This document shows positions 24,097 to 38,097 of a stretch of 64,000 nucleotides of DNA, one piece after another. The translations under genes were made by a program, and so were the position numbers. The notes beneath the pieces were generated by a model. The model did no database searches. It saw only the letters and a list, made by a program, of their open reading frames with translations, and had not been told where the DNA came from. Origin of the DNA: Tubiluchus corallicola (Eukaryota > Animalia > Priapulida); NCBI GenBank assembly GCA_030141605.1, contig JAQGDQ010000448.1, forward strand, positions 128,479-192,478. The letters run 5' to 3'. How positions within the stretch are numbered: position 1 is the first letter of the stretch; every line of letters begins with the position of its first letter.

Positions 24097-25899
24097 TCAA
24101 GTTAATAATTTATAATCTGTTTTTATGACTGATCAGTCTAAAAACTAAAAAAAATTGAGAATACCCTTGACAGAAACAATGCTGGGAGTCGGTGTAGTAC
24201 GTACATACAGAAATTGGTACAGATGGTCTGCAATTCGATGTAGAATGAAGATGCAAGGAATAGATCATCTACAGCGGCTAAATGCAACCTGACTGCAGCT
24301 AAATAAAGCTGCACTAGGCACGGACACAAGTGCAATAGGTGCTATGACACATGAGAGCTCTCAGGGGCAGCTAAAATGAGAAATGTTGAACTGGCATTAG
24401 TACGCTATCATTGGTTAGACAGAAATAGAAGAGGACTAATGATTTCGTGATTTCGTGACTAAAAATAAATTTTAGAATTTGCAACAAAGTTACCAAATAA
24501 ATTGGCAAGATGATTACACATGCAGATGACAAAAATGACTAAAATTAATGCTATTTCACACTAATAATGTTTATGGTAAACCATTCTTCTAAAGATGGAT
24601 GAATGAATGAAGAGATAATGTATGTTTTTTACCTGCCCAACTGGTTAAAATATTTTTCAAGAGGTAAACATGCATCTAAACTCGGTGCACCAAACTTTGG
24701 TAGAAAGAAGTAGTTAGTTGGATAAGGTCAAGTTTATGGCATGCATTAGTCAGTCACGTCATGTTTTTATTATCCAGAAAAAATAAATGCAACTAATTAT
24801 TGTTACGAGATGTTTATATTACACAAGATTTCTGCAAACAATAAATGTTGCAAAATTATATGCCCGAGTTTAGCTAAACAGTAACTTAGTTAATCCTCAT
24901 TTTTGAGCTTTAATGGCCTTTATGCCATGCAAGCCGATACTGAATACAATTAAAAGTTGTTAAAGGTAACATTAATAGATGTATTATATATATATTAATT
25001 ATAATATTAATATACATTATTTTAATAGCAACAAAAATATATTATCTATAATATGCACACACGCACGCACACAAACACACATGCATAAAATACACAGTAC
25101 TATACTGACATAATACTGAGTTAAAATTCATTACTTTTTTAACAAAGAATAAATATACATGTACATTATTTTTACGTAACATTACATAATTAAAGAGTAA
25201 AAGCAATGGATGGCCATTGGACGACAAGCCATGGTTACTAACAAAATGTGGCTTAAGACACAAGACAAAATTTAAAACACACAGTATAACACCATTCTAG
25301 CGGCCACAGTTTATTACGTACATCACGGTAATGCGAATACGTAAAGAAAAAATGAATTTTCATCATTTACTTAACTAGCAGAATAGCTATGAAAACAACG
25401 TACATGGTTATTGTGTATTGCAGACTTTCTTTCGGGTCCCATTGTTTGCATTACAATGTATTTGTAAGTCTTTATTGCTTACGTTAGCTTTGACAGCTGT
25501 TTGTAAATTAATTTACAGTTAAATTTAACCCGCTATTCCTTCTGCTGCAAAAAGGTTGTTGGGCTGGTAGCGCATTCCCAAGATGTTTTGTGCACACAAA
25601 ATTGAATGACTATTGACTCTTACTGACTTATCTGAACATGTCATGTAAATTTACAGCTCAAAGTGTACGTGCAGTTTAATAGAAAAATCATAAATCATTC
25701 ATTAATTTTTAGTTTATCAAAGTGACAGAATAAATTTCATTGAATTTGAATAATGCTTCAAAATAGTTGATACTTGATAGCATCTTCTGAAGGTACTTTA
25801 CATTCTCTATGAAGCTATACAGTGTGCACTATTTTTTATTAATACATGCTTGTTGATCTGGTAATCATATACGTACGGTTAGCCTCGTATGTTTCTAGA

Positions 25900-25957
25900 G
25901 TACTTAAATTGTTTTTCTGGGTCCCTAGCGGGTTCACTATAACGACATTATACCGTA
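25900..25957 (-). mobile_element. Terminus of the same pogo/Tigger family as 58991-59910
   Basis: Reverse complement ta-cggtataatgtcgttatagtgaacccgctagggacccag resembles ta-cagtataacatcattatagcaaacctgctagggacccaa at 58989. Confidence 0.7.
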
Positions 25958-26808
25958 GTTTGCAGCACAACTGATTCGTCATTTCACAGGCATATAGCAT
26001 GCATAGCAGTTACCTAAACACTGTTGTTAGGTCATACACTACGTGTCGAGGAGTATCATGGCAAAACTCACATATAATAATTATAGCAACTAATACTAAG
26101 TTAACATGATTATAGCAACTAAGTTAACACGTCAGCAGACTATGAAAGGACTGCATACAACAAAATGTTTTCAGTAGCCCTTTAACAACTGTGCAAGAAC
26201 TGAACTTGTGTAATGTTGTGCCCAAACTGAGTTGCAAATATAATATAAACATGAGCAAATGGCTAGGTGTTAGCAGTTAAATGCAGATTCAACAGATAAT
26301 AAGCTCTTTCTTTGAATGCCCACATTAATGCACATCATGGCATGTTAGTTTCAACAAATTTGGTTAAGCTATAATGTATTTAAGCATTAATGATGATTGT
26401 TTTTTAAAATTCTCCTCAGTGCAACTACCAACCATGCACTAGCCTTTGGTTACATAGAAAGAAACCAGTGGCAGCAGGCTGATGGATAAAAGTTGTTTAC
26501 AGATGAAAATGTTCTGCAATGGAACTTAATTGCCTCACTTGGCATATCTTTCTAGTGGCATTCAGTGGAAGATCCATTGTAAATGGTGAAGACCACTTTT
26601 CTAGTAGATGGCAACTGCTGGGCAATCCGCATTTCAACCTAGTTGTCACGTGATTTATTAGGTATTCAACTGGATTCTCGAACATGCAAGCCCTCCAGGC
26701 AGTGCCGCAAGTTGCTGATTCTTGGTACAATTTAAATTTACAGAAGGAGAGCATTTCTGAGTACTGTCTCGGAAAGTCTTCATCAGATTAATGAACCTGT
26801 AAATAATC

Positions 26809-29800
26809 CTATCCTGGTAGATGTTCGGAGATGCAGTGACACTTGAGGCCATACAATAAACGGAAAATTTTGTATGGCCAACACTTGTAACAGGTATAGT
26901 GGATTCTAAAGTGTTGTTTGAAGAATAACCTTGACATAAATGTCAGTTTACACAATTCACATACCCAAAGTTGAGCTGCAAAGAAAAAAGAAGCAGATTA
27001 GCAAATGTTCAATGAGAAAAACTCAATGATAATATCAATGATCACTAAGCAACCAGATTTGCCTTAACAAGCCAAAGTTTAGATTGTAACAATATTAGAA
27101 GCAAATATGCTACAAGTTGAAATTTCACAGTGTGGCGTTACAGTAAATTAGCTTTAGGCTGCAGAAAGTTACGGGTTTATAGCTTTAATGGTTGTTAATA
27201 CTATAGTCGAAAAGCTCTAGCATGTCAGTTAATCATCAATTTAAAAACAGCCATGTTGGTGCCTAATAGATGGCAGCAAAATAAGAAAGAAATCACTTGA
27301 TGGCAGTTTACATCACAGTTTTCACCACAGAAGATGAAGTACTGATAAAATTTATCAAGAAAAAACTGGTAAAACACAAATTTATAAAGACTTCCCCAGC
27401 AAAAGAGTAATACAAGGCTCATGTGAATGGAATAATAAAAATAGTATGAAATAATAGCAAGACCTTTTAACATAGAAACAGTGTGGGATATACCCTGTTT
27501 CTATGTTAGGGAGGCAGCCCCCCCTCCGCATATATACGTTATGTTGTGAATCTATAGATATAAATATTCTATATATGGGTCAGCCCCCACATATACCACA
27601 TGTAAGCCCACCCAGGGGCTGCATTTTTGCAATACTATTATAGTTGGTCATTTTCCACGTTCAAAATTTCATTTTCGGCTTCATCAGTAACCTCATGTAG
27701 TAGCACTTAAGAGATGCTGGTATTTAATGTACTGGCTATTCTTCAAAATTTTTAACACATCCGAACTCTTTGATGCCAAACTGTTTAGTCTTGATGCCGA
27801 ACTACCATCTTATGTGAAAGTAATTGTAGCAAAAAATAAATTTCTTCATAGGTTACTCAAAACACGTGTATTATTTGCATGTTAAGCACTTACGTACTGT
27901 TGGTTTTGCTGTACTATGTAATGCTTTCAATTCACTTCAAAATCCATTTACTGTAAAAAATTACATCTCCACTATACATGAACGTAAGGTGTGCAAAGGA
28001 AATTTAATTAGACACTGGTTTTCAACTCATATTCGAATGAGAATTCAGTATGGTTGTGGTGGCGGTGGCGGCAAATATGTATATCTTAGGGGATATGTTT
28101 GTCAAAATCCAAAAAATTGCATAAAAGTTATTCTCAAATAGTTTCAAACAGCTGCACAAGTGTTGGCCAGATATCCTTCTTTGGAACCTTGTTTCCTCAT
28201 TACCTACCTGTATTTTTTACGTGCTGATTAAATCGTACAAGAACATGCGCAGCCCGGATGTGGCGGTCATCGCTTCTGATCAACTTTATTCGAGTCCTAA
28301 AAACGAAAGAGCTACATGATTTGAAATTGATGTAATTTTTATACAACAAACAACAGTACATGTTAATATGACCTTATATAACTAAATATTGTCAATAAAG
28401 AATTTTCAGAAAAGCCATGGAGTAATCAAGAAGTTTAAAGTACAAGCATAATCCATTATTTAATTGTTAGAGAAATTGTATAATAACAGTGTCTAATAAC
28501 AGCTAATTTGCTAGCATTATTCTTGTTTACCACAGATTCCAGATGCAGAATGATATTAACGGCATGCAGCTGTAACCCAAAAACTACAAACAAGAATGTG
28601 GTACAAAATAATGCTAATGCCTTATTATCTAAAATAAAAGTTACAATTATTTGATACTTTATAAAAAAGAAAAAATAAGAGACATTAAAGAAACAACAAT
28701 TACAGTTTGTTATACAGTCTACAATTGAAATGGTTAAAGAATAGCAACGAATAGGCAAAAATGTTATTTATCTGCAGCATACTGCAAATAACAGGTTGCA
28801 AATGAGTTTCACATAAATTTTAGCCTGAGATTCTAACTCTAACACTAATGGCTAGCTAGACTCCACAATTTACTAAAAACAATAATAATATTTATTGCTA
28901 ACTTAACACAATTCAAACCAAGCTACAATGATTATTAATGAGGCAGTCCATCAGATGAAAGTAAAATTAAGCTCGGACATTCCAGTTTGAATTTACTTTT
29001 ACTAATTCGACTTTCAAATAAGTAATCACAAAGAGCATTAAATCCAATAAATTAGATTCTATGACTCTAGTCAAGACAGAATCGATTCCCAGAAGGATTC
29101 TGATTTGACATGAAGAGAATGAGAAATATTGAAATCTGATTTGGTTCGAATTCAAAAGCATTAACTTCTATTTGGATTTCGCTTGTAATTCAATTTTTAA
29201 TAATAATGGGTACTGTTGATTAGGGTTGTTATTCAGGCAAGATAACACTGATAGTTTGGACAAGGTGCAAAAATAGTCACAAAAGCTGCAACAGATCTTT
29301 CCTATAATTTGCATCAGTAAAATTGCTTTTTACTCATTGTTACACTTATCTATGTTTTGCTCTGATAAAATTCAAAGCATTTAAATAAAACTGCATTTTA
29401 ATTGGTTACGATTAACTGGTTTAACTAATTAAGGAGTTCGATAGCTCATTTCAATTACAATTTTCTTTGACTATTGCTTAAACTAGTTACACCTAAACTC
29501 AAAAGATTAAAAAAATTTCCTTTTGTTGTCGTGGACAATTATTAACTCAAATTTAAAAAGTATATCTAGCATAGTACAAAAAACTTTGCAATAGACTAGC
29601 TTTTTTCAAAATTATGCAGTTGGCACTAAAAGAAGATATGCAGGTTCTGAAAATGGTGCTACCTTCTAGAAAGAAAAATTTTGAGGGGAAATCAAGATTA
29701 CATTTAATATTATGGTAATAGGTGAGAATTGCGGTTGCCTTCTGCATAGAAAGATGTGACTTTGATACCGATCTCGAGTTAAATCAAAGATTGATCACAT

Positions 29801-31422
29801 ACAGAGTTTTATGTTACACCTAAGCATATGGATGCACCAAGCGTCATGTAATGTTGCCCAATTGAACAGTTAGCAGTTGGCTTGGCGACAAAAAGATCAG
29901 TGAGATAAGTTACAAGTAGTGGCAGCACATCTAATGAAAATCAGTAGCACCATTTGCTCACAAGACAGCTATAATGTAATGGATCTGTCGATTTTTACCA
30001 AAGAAGTTCAAATGAACGTTCGAGAATCAGCAGCAGCCTTTAGTAGAGCAAAAATAGAGGTCTTTTATTATAGCAGCTAGTCTAGTACCACTAAATAGCT
30101 ACTGCTTAGGAGCTTAGTCCTACTAATGCCTATACAGTACAATCATTGTTTAAAAACTCAATTTAGCGATGTTTTATTTTAACGATGCTGAACATGTGAC
30201 ACCTTCTTCTCACTTAATGATGCATGTTTAATTCAACAACAATTTTTTTACTTTGGCCAACCATATGAGAAAGAAAAAAATTTGTTGGCTATAGCAAAAT
30301 TTAACATACTGCATTCTACCTTAGCAGTTAACCTCGCGATGAAACTTTTCACACATTACCAAGATATATATACATACTTAATTGCAATAAAATTATTTGC
30401 ACAAACTAAACATATTTATAAAAGCACATTTGTAGTCTTTTGGTGCTTAAATTGGACTTTTAACATACCGTAGATGTAGCTGCATGTTATCTGCTCTGAC
30501 TAGGCTAACAAAGCACCTGAAAATAAAATTAGTTATACAGTGTTTTAACACAAATTTCAGTGCGCATTTTACAATACAAAACATAACATCACATGGCAAA
30601 GAAAAGTTGTTACGTATATTCGGCTTGCATAATTGTAAGTTTCGACCTAAGCCAGAAAGAGAAAAACTATAATAGTTTCACTGCATGCTAATTTTAGAAA
30701 ATAACAAAACACGACAAACACATCCACATTGTGATGCGGCAATTGCGAACCAACTGGAATTTCCTTTAAAAACATAGTTCAACAAATTTTATGATGTTAA
30801 AGTTTTGTTCATTTTACAATTAGAAGCATGCATTAGCTTATTATAGTGTTATAACATACGTTATACATGGCACAAAGACAGATGCAAAATCTATATGCAG
30901 ATTCCACAAGTGCTGTTTCATTGACTTTATGGCACACAGACTTTTATTAAGAAAGCTTAATTTTCTGTCTCAGACAAAATCATCCTGCTCTTGTGTTCAA
31001 GCTCAGTACAAACACATTTGTTTGTATTTTAGACAAAACCGGATCAGAACAATAAAAAGCAATCGTTTAGTCAAGTATTATCTAATAATAATTGCTTACT
31101 GAGATTTACCCATGAGAATGTTTGCTTCATAGAAAAGCTGTCGTGCGCGGGCAAAATTCATCTGAGACAGAATGCAGCAGACAGTTTGTTCGCAGACAGA
31201 CATTTTTACAGTGTGTAATTAGTGTTCTATTTTTTTAACCTTAAAAACTAAAGATGAACAAAAGCCAACAAAAATAGCTAAATCTTGCAGAAGTAGTTTC
31301 CCCAACAACGCTTCTTAAACAAACTAAAAAGTGAGTTGCAGTTCATACTGTTCATTCATTACCTTCGTCCATTAAAGTAATCCTTTCCCATTGCATAGGC
31401 ATAAAGGCGAATATTTGGCTCA
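26809..31422 (-). CDS. Small spliced protein ending in two C2H2 zinc fingers (5' end uncertain)
   Basis: Phase-compatible minus-strand exons 31422-31363 (or 31161-31100), 28296-28208 and 26975-26809; last exon encodes QLWVCELCKLTFMSRLFFKQHFRIHYTCYKCWPYKIFRLLYGLKCHCISEHLPG*. Confidence 0.6.
27468..27508. repeat. Perfect 14-bp inverted repeat (hairpin), possibly a collapsed MITE
   Basis: taacatagaaacag ... ctgtttctatgtta with 13-nt spacer. Confidence 0.8.
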
Positions 31423-32579
31423 CTAAAAAAGCAAAATGTCCAAATAAGGCAAAATGAAATGTTTCATGTAATATCACACATCTGTTCTAGTGATTATCAT
31501 GACAGGGAAGACAACAGCGAGTTATTATACAACTTTATTCTAAAATGGCATTGACAACGAGAGGGAGATCTGTAAAGTATTTGGCCAACAGATGGTAGCA
31601 CAATATACGAAAGGTAATTTAAGGCTTAGCCTTAAGTTCAGTTAATATTACGATTTGGAGAGAATTATACTAGACTTTCATAAGAATATTGGCTTCTTAA
31701 AGCATTATTCTTAAAGCCCTCAAGCTCACCTTAAAATGCAGACTGAGTATTATGCATACACAGTCAATAATTACGCTTCCACAAAATTTTTACAGAATTA
31801 GACATGAATGAAAGTTAAGTGGATTAATAAAAACAATACAGCATTTGAAAGCCCTTGTAAATCTTTTGCCCACATCAGTGCAGAAGGTCAAGAATAATCA
31901 CACTAAAACAGACTAACAGTAATTACAAAATTAACCACAGTCCACAAACAAAGCTAATTGTAATAGAAGCGAAGGCTGACTGCTGGCGGCTGTCTGCTGA
32001 GCGAGCAATGTAATGTTAAAAAACTTTGAATAAGTGACTGCGCGACCTACACGCACGCCAAATCAATTTATTTTCTCTCTAGCATTTCGGGAACGTAAAA
32101 ATACATAAACATAAATGGTAAAAGTGTTAATTAAGGTAGAAAAAATCAACGAGATAGGGCAGCGAATCGACTAAAGACTAAAAAGTCATCAAGTCAGCTA
32201 CCCTTCATTTGGCAACAAAATAGATAATTTGGGTGCTGGTTAACATGGCTAATTAAATAATGATGCAAAGTTGTTTATTAAATAGTAAAACACAATTATG
32301 ATCTATACACATCGTTAGTATAAAGTTGATGTTTTTTAGATATAATTATGCCTTGTCAAATTATTTACAGTAATCCAAATATATAAGTGAAACATATATT
32401 TAAAAAAGAATGAAACAAAAAATGAACGTTTTTAAAAGACTCAGTACTAGACCTGTAGTAGAAACACAATGACATATTACTATAATGAAAATTATGATAC
32501 TGATAATAATAACAATAATGAAAATAGAACATGAAACTGTAATGTGCTGTAGCAACATAACCTAGGCCTAGATACCAGT

Positions 32580-32830
32580 AACTACTGTTAGTGATGACAG
32601 TAGAACAAGAGGTCAGTCCAAAAAAATTGATGAAGAGATTTTCTAGACTTGAGTCACTTGATCTTAGGAAATATAGTTTTAGCCAAAGAGTTATTAATAT
32701 TTGAAAGCAGTTAACTAAGGAAGGGGTGAACCCTGCCAGTGTAAATGTTTTCAAAGGTCACTTGGAGGAGTTCTTGAAGATGATTGGGGGCACAACACAA
32801 GCTTGTCTAAGCTTACAGCCCCAGTTACCA
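32580..32830 (+). mobile_element. CR1-type LINE 3' fragment (decayed ORF2 C-terminus)
   Basis: Frameshifted translation TRGQSKKLMKRFSRL..LDLRKYSFSQRVINI*KQL...ASVNVFKGHLEEF resembles the CR1 ORF2 tail TRGH..KL...R...FS.RV...WN.L....SVN.FK..LD. Confidence 0.8.
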
Positions 32831-34980
32831 TCGCCACCAATATTTACATTGCCATATAGATGAAGTTGGTGGGCGTCACTCGTCAGTAAGTAACAGTCGC
32901 GAGGATAGGAAGGCATTGCTATAGGCCTCACTTTTTTAACATCGATGAGAATGAAATAGTGTGAATTTGGTGCAGCATGGGTTGTTTCGACGCAACGAGA
33001 GTTGTTTATTTTTGTTGAGTTTCTGGTGTTTGAAAATTTCATACTAATATTAGTAATAATAGTAAGTTTTGTTATTGTTGTGTATGAAATGCGTTACTAA
33101 AATGCACAAGAATTTAATGGTGCCAAAATGATTTTTTGTAAATTGCTGCTTTCGTATTTTGAACTATTTTCTCAGTAGCTTTTCTAAATATAGTAATACT
33201 ATTACTAATACTAATAGACTAGTAGTACTAGTAATACTATGGCTAGTTTCTGTAACTAAGGTGCAAACTTATTGCATAGTGTACTTTTGTAAAAGATATT
33301 GCTCCTTTTATATTGTTGCTATTTGCTATAAATAAACATAAGCAAACAAACTGTTTGCGAGCAATAACAGAAACGCTTCAGGCAATGTCAAATCAAATCA
33401 ATTAATGAATTATTCTTTATCTCAGTGCATAACATTAATTAAAATTAAGCATGATTTATAGCTAATCAAATAGGAAGAAGTGGCGAAAAATATACGTTAT
33501 CGAGTCAGCCACCTCAGCTCAGTTCTATTTATAAATATTTCGCATGCAGTGCGGATGATCGCTGTTCAAATTTAATAATGTTGAATTAAGTACTTGTTTT
33601 CACCTATGTAACATCAAGCATGTATATGATAACAATGATGACACAGTCGTGAGAATCATGTAAAATCAGGAAAGATTTAGAAAATGAAAAATTGAACTAA
33701 GTTGACTTTCCCAACTGTCGATTATTGGTGATCCTTATATGTTATTAATGAAAACAATGAAAGTAACAAAAACGGACCATTGTATTGCATGTGACTACAT
33801 TTATCCTCTAGTGTTTTACTTTATTTTTAGGTTCAATGCGATTAGTACACTTTTTAAATATATTTCAAGTCCAACAGTTTTTAGTTTTCATGAACTTTAA
33901 ATCGTGTAAAATATAGCAAGATACCATGAGAACAATAATCACTTGTTTACAGCTACTATGTTGATATACCTTTTGTAAAAATTGCATTATTTGAAGCCTA
34001 ATAACTAGTCTCAAGCCATTAGCTGTTAATCCCTGACTATAATGTTTTCAAGTAATGATAAAGAAATTTTATCAACCTGATGTTTCTGTTATGATTTAAC
34101 GCTGACTCCCGAAATCATTGATGAAAATCACCTGTATGGAAACTAGCCCAGCAGTTTCAGTTTTTGAATCGCATGTACTGTATTCGCAATTAACTTTATG
34201 TCTCTAAGATTTTAATCACTGTATTATATAAAGTTTTTGTCTTGTGAACTCAATGGAGATGATGTGAATGGACGCTGATAACATGCAAGATCAATCTGTA
34301 ACTGATACTGAACGTTATTGAAAGTACTGATAGCGAAAGATCAATTTCGGTGTCTCATTTTTAACAACAACAAAGAAAGTGGTGTTCCTAATTATCATAT
34401 AATAGTATTGTGACGTACACGTATGTCATCATGACATCATAGAAAAAAACTTCTGGAGCACTTTTTTGTCAGTCGGTAATATATATGGTATTAGAGGCTA
34501 GATGGTTTTAAAGATGTAACTGATTTTTAATTCCAGTAGGCGCAGTCTTGGATTTATGCGTATATCTCAAATACTAATCTCGATTTTAACCAATTAATAT
34601 ATCAGGTTGCCTGAATACTAACAGAATATGAAAGAGAAAAAATTCTATTACAGTTTGTTCTAGGTACCTCCCTACTATCAACTATCTTTACCCACCTGTA
34701 TAATTTATTAACTTATATACTTTATATAAATTTTGTGGCATGACTGGCTTGAAATTTCCTGCATCAAGGCTAGTAAAGGTCACGTGAAATAATATCTGAC
34801 TTGCACTTTTTAATATTGAAAATTTAGGTCCAATCAGTTATAAATGACTTTTGATTTAAGCTTAAACATTGGCACAAAAATTTGCTTATCACCTAAAAAT
34901 TATGTGAATGCTGAGCTTTTCTTATTTAGGTGTGAATGGAATTTTGAAAGTTTTTGACTGTGAATAAATTTCCTTGTGTG

Positions 34981-35562
34981 ATGACTTCTAATATTGAAGA
35001 AGTGGCAAGACAGTTAGTTCAGAAGATATTGAGTAGAGCAACAGAATTATTTGTTTTGGAAAATGAAAAGCAAATTGCTGAAGCTGAAAGCCTTTGTAGC
35101 AAAGCTTTAATCAATCTCGATGCACTTCTTCGATGGGAGAATGTAGTACGGGAAAATGATTTCGTTGTCCCAAACATTGATTGGCCTTCAGTTAAAAGCT
35201 TTAATGCCAAAATTGGTGAAGAAAAGATCGAAGATTTTATGAAGACATGGAATTTGAATGATAAGTGGCTCCACTTTACTGAATTTTTACGCATGGAGGC
35301 ACATGCTTACAGTGACCACTACATGTACAGAGTCACCTGGAGCATTCCAACACAGGTGGAGCCAATTCCTCGTGTTACAGCTGCCGTTTATTTTACTCTG
35401 GAGGTGCCATTTCATAAGTCGGACGATAACTTAATTAATGTGTACTACGTTTTTGAAAATAATCACCTCATTCACCGGCCAGGTTATTCCAGATTTCGAG
35501 AAAAGTGGTTGTCAGACATTCTGCAAAGCAAATTAATCTTGATTAAACGGTTGAAATTTTAA
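34981..35562 (+). CDS. AKAP14: A-kinase anchor protein 14 (AKAP28 family)-like, single coding exon
   Basis: N-terminal amphipathic helix EEVARQLVQKILSRA, NIDWP, YRVTWSIPT..PIP..TAAVYF, HRPGYSRFREKWLSDI; ATG at 34981 after acceptor ttag at 34930; AATAAA near 35642. Confidence 0.88.
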   Translation: MTSNIEEVARQLVQKILSRATELFVLENEKQIAEAESLCSKALINLDALLRWENVVRENDFVVPNIDWPSVKSFNAKIGEEKIEDFMKTWNLNDKWLHFTEFLRMEAHAYSDHYMYRVTWSIPTQVEPIPRVTAAVYFTLEVPFHKSDDNLINVYYVFENNHLIHRPGYSRFREKWLSDILQSKLILIKRLKF

Positions 35563-38097
35563 CAGACACCAGTCAATAGACAGCCTGTACATATTTTTAA
35601 ATTGTTGTCATTTGGACTGCACTTCATTTTGTTTTAATTTAAATAAACTTGAATAACAATTGTATGTTAAGTTTTAGGTATACTAGGCTTACTGTATGCT
35701 TAGATTGTTTGTATGCACACAATAAAGTGTACGCCCTCTTATTTAACCATACATTTTCTTACTATTTATTGACACATTTAAATGTTTTCTTTGTATCACA
35801 TTTATACAGTGCTTTTTAATATTGCATAATTGAATTATATGATGAATTACATAACCTTTGATTCAATTGATTACAATTATTGCATACATCTTGAAGTTAC
35901 GAAATATTTATACATCTACCTTGTTTAAATTGGTTGATGATTGTATTGTAATAGTACTTCAGCTTTTAAATTCAATTAATTAAATTGCAATATAATGTAC
36001 TGGTGTTTTTTACTTTTTTTATAAGGATCATTATGCATAAATGCAAGGAGATAAGGAAAAACACGTCATTCAAAATTATTTTTCACACAAAGCTGAAAAT
36101 TTATAGCTAATTAGATCTGCTTATTATCATTTATTACTGTCCCAAAGTAATACTGCAGTTCGTGCATTCTGGCTAATTCTATTAAACATGTTAATATGTT
36201 TACCAATTACTCCCTATCATCATGGCTCCTGTTCATATTGCTAAAAACAAATGTTCCATCATGGTTTACATGACAAATCTAATGAAAATGAGATAAAATG
36301 AACTTTCTCTTGTGGGTAATTCTAGGTCATATGTAAATTGCAAGCTGCGTCAAGCAAAACATTTTTAAGTGCACTTTGTGCACCAAAATCAGTAATTTAA
36401 TGGCAACTTTTTTGTTGTCACAAAATCTTTAGTGGCCAAAATATTCAAGTGTTTTTTGTGGTGTGTTAGCTAATTGTATAAGACAGTTTCAGCTAATTAA
36501 AGGGCGATTTATTCCTTAGTTTAGTATAATGTTATGCTTGGATAATTGCTGTTTAGTTAATTGAGCTTCCACTTCAGCTTGCTATTTTAGCAATTCATTA
36601 TGTACACAGAATAGCATTAATTTTAGTCAATGTAGAGTTGGCTCACTTGCCTGGTCTTATTAGTTTCTTCTCAGTGAGTCAGAACTTGGAACGTTACCAA
36701 CATGCATTAGTCAGAGGCACAAGTGATTGAATAAATTTGATTAGTCAGTAGTCAATATTTGAAACTATGCACAAAAAAAACAATTAAATTTTAATAACCG
36801 CAGGTTTGTATTTTGTGAATACACCTAAACTCTGTACTGATACACGCAATGTTATTAGCTTTGCACAAAATTGAGCTTCTTTACAAATTCAGTTTTAAAA
36901 TTTTTAAACCCAGATTTATTTGCAGACAACCAAATAATATTTTCGCACACGTACATAGCAAACAAGCAGCCAAGAGAGACGGGGTGGCGAAAAGACAAAA
37001 AGTCGTCTAGTCTGCCACCCTTTAACTGAAATGATAACAAAAGACAAATTTTCACTATGTGAGCTAGTTGAAAGTTTTGCTTCTGTTATACATAAGAGTA
37101 TAAAATATTTTGTGTCTGAACAGAAATACTAAATGTCTTAGGCTTACACTCAATGAAAACTGTTTATGTAATTATCAATAGTCTTCCATCTGTTCATGTG
37201 AACTTTCCCATCTAGTTTGTATAAAATCAATAATCTTTTTGAGCTATGTAAGTTTATAGGAAAGTATTCAGTAGAAGTTATTCAAGACGACTGCTGATTA
37301 TTTTTCTAATATTGAAATTCATAGAAAGTACTAGAAAATTAACATGCTTTACTCATAAAAGAAGATAAACACGTTTATGTATTAGTCAGTTCATTCATTT
37401 GCATTTGAGAATAAAGATAACTAGATTTTTGTTCTGATTTGATGTTATTATTAGATAATTTATCTTGAACAATAATATATCCAGCAAGTTGTTACTAGTT
37501 AGTAACACATGCATTTGTTATGCGTGCATAGTTCATGTGTTAGTTGAGCTACATTCATAAACATCAAGACAAGATCGCAATTATAGGTTCAGACTAAAAA
37601 TGAAAGTTTAATATTTTTCTTTGATATGAGTGCAAGGCAGTTGATACTTAAATAATCAGTGCAAGTGTTAAATGCAATAGAATTACACTAATACAGTGTC
37701 AAAGGAAAAGATAAACAAAAATAAAGTAGGAATTCAATGATGCAATGCAGTGCATTATTTTTGCTTGTAATGACAAAAGTTTGTGCACATGGTAAATTGG
37801 TAATTAGACAGTGCTTTGTGGTTAAAATTATGAAAACACAGTATTTTAGATCTTTTATAAACGTCCTCTTGGCTGTGGTAGAAAGTTGTTTGGTAAATTT
37901 TTTGTGTAAAAATGACAGCAATATGAACAAATCTCACGTGCGATTTCAGTGAATTGCTCCTTTTGAATTTAGAGAAACTTTGTGTTCAGCGTATTGCACA
38001 TACTTTTGTATAGTGTTTATTTATTTAGGTTGTGCTGCACAGCTGAACATCACCTAGGTAAAGATAAAATGACTGGTTTTGAAGAGCTAGACATAGC

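Noticed and set aside
24150-24445. Coding-looking purine-rich stretch after the DUF4419 stop
   Set aside because: Only short ORFs, no splice support; probably 3' UTR
27636-27828. Minus-strand exon-like segment (DGSSASRLNSLASKSS...; EVTDEAENEILNVENDQL)
   Set aside because: The two coding-like parts are in different frames with stops and no strong donor; kept only as a possible alternative last exon
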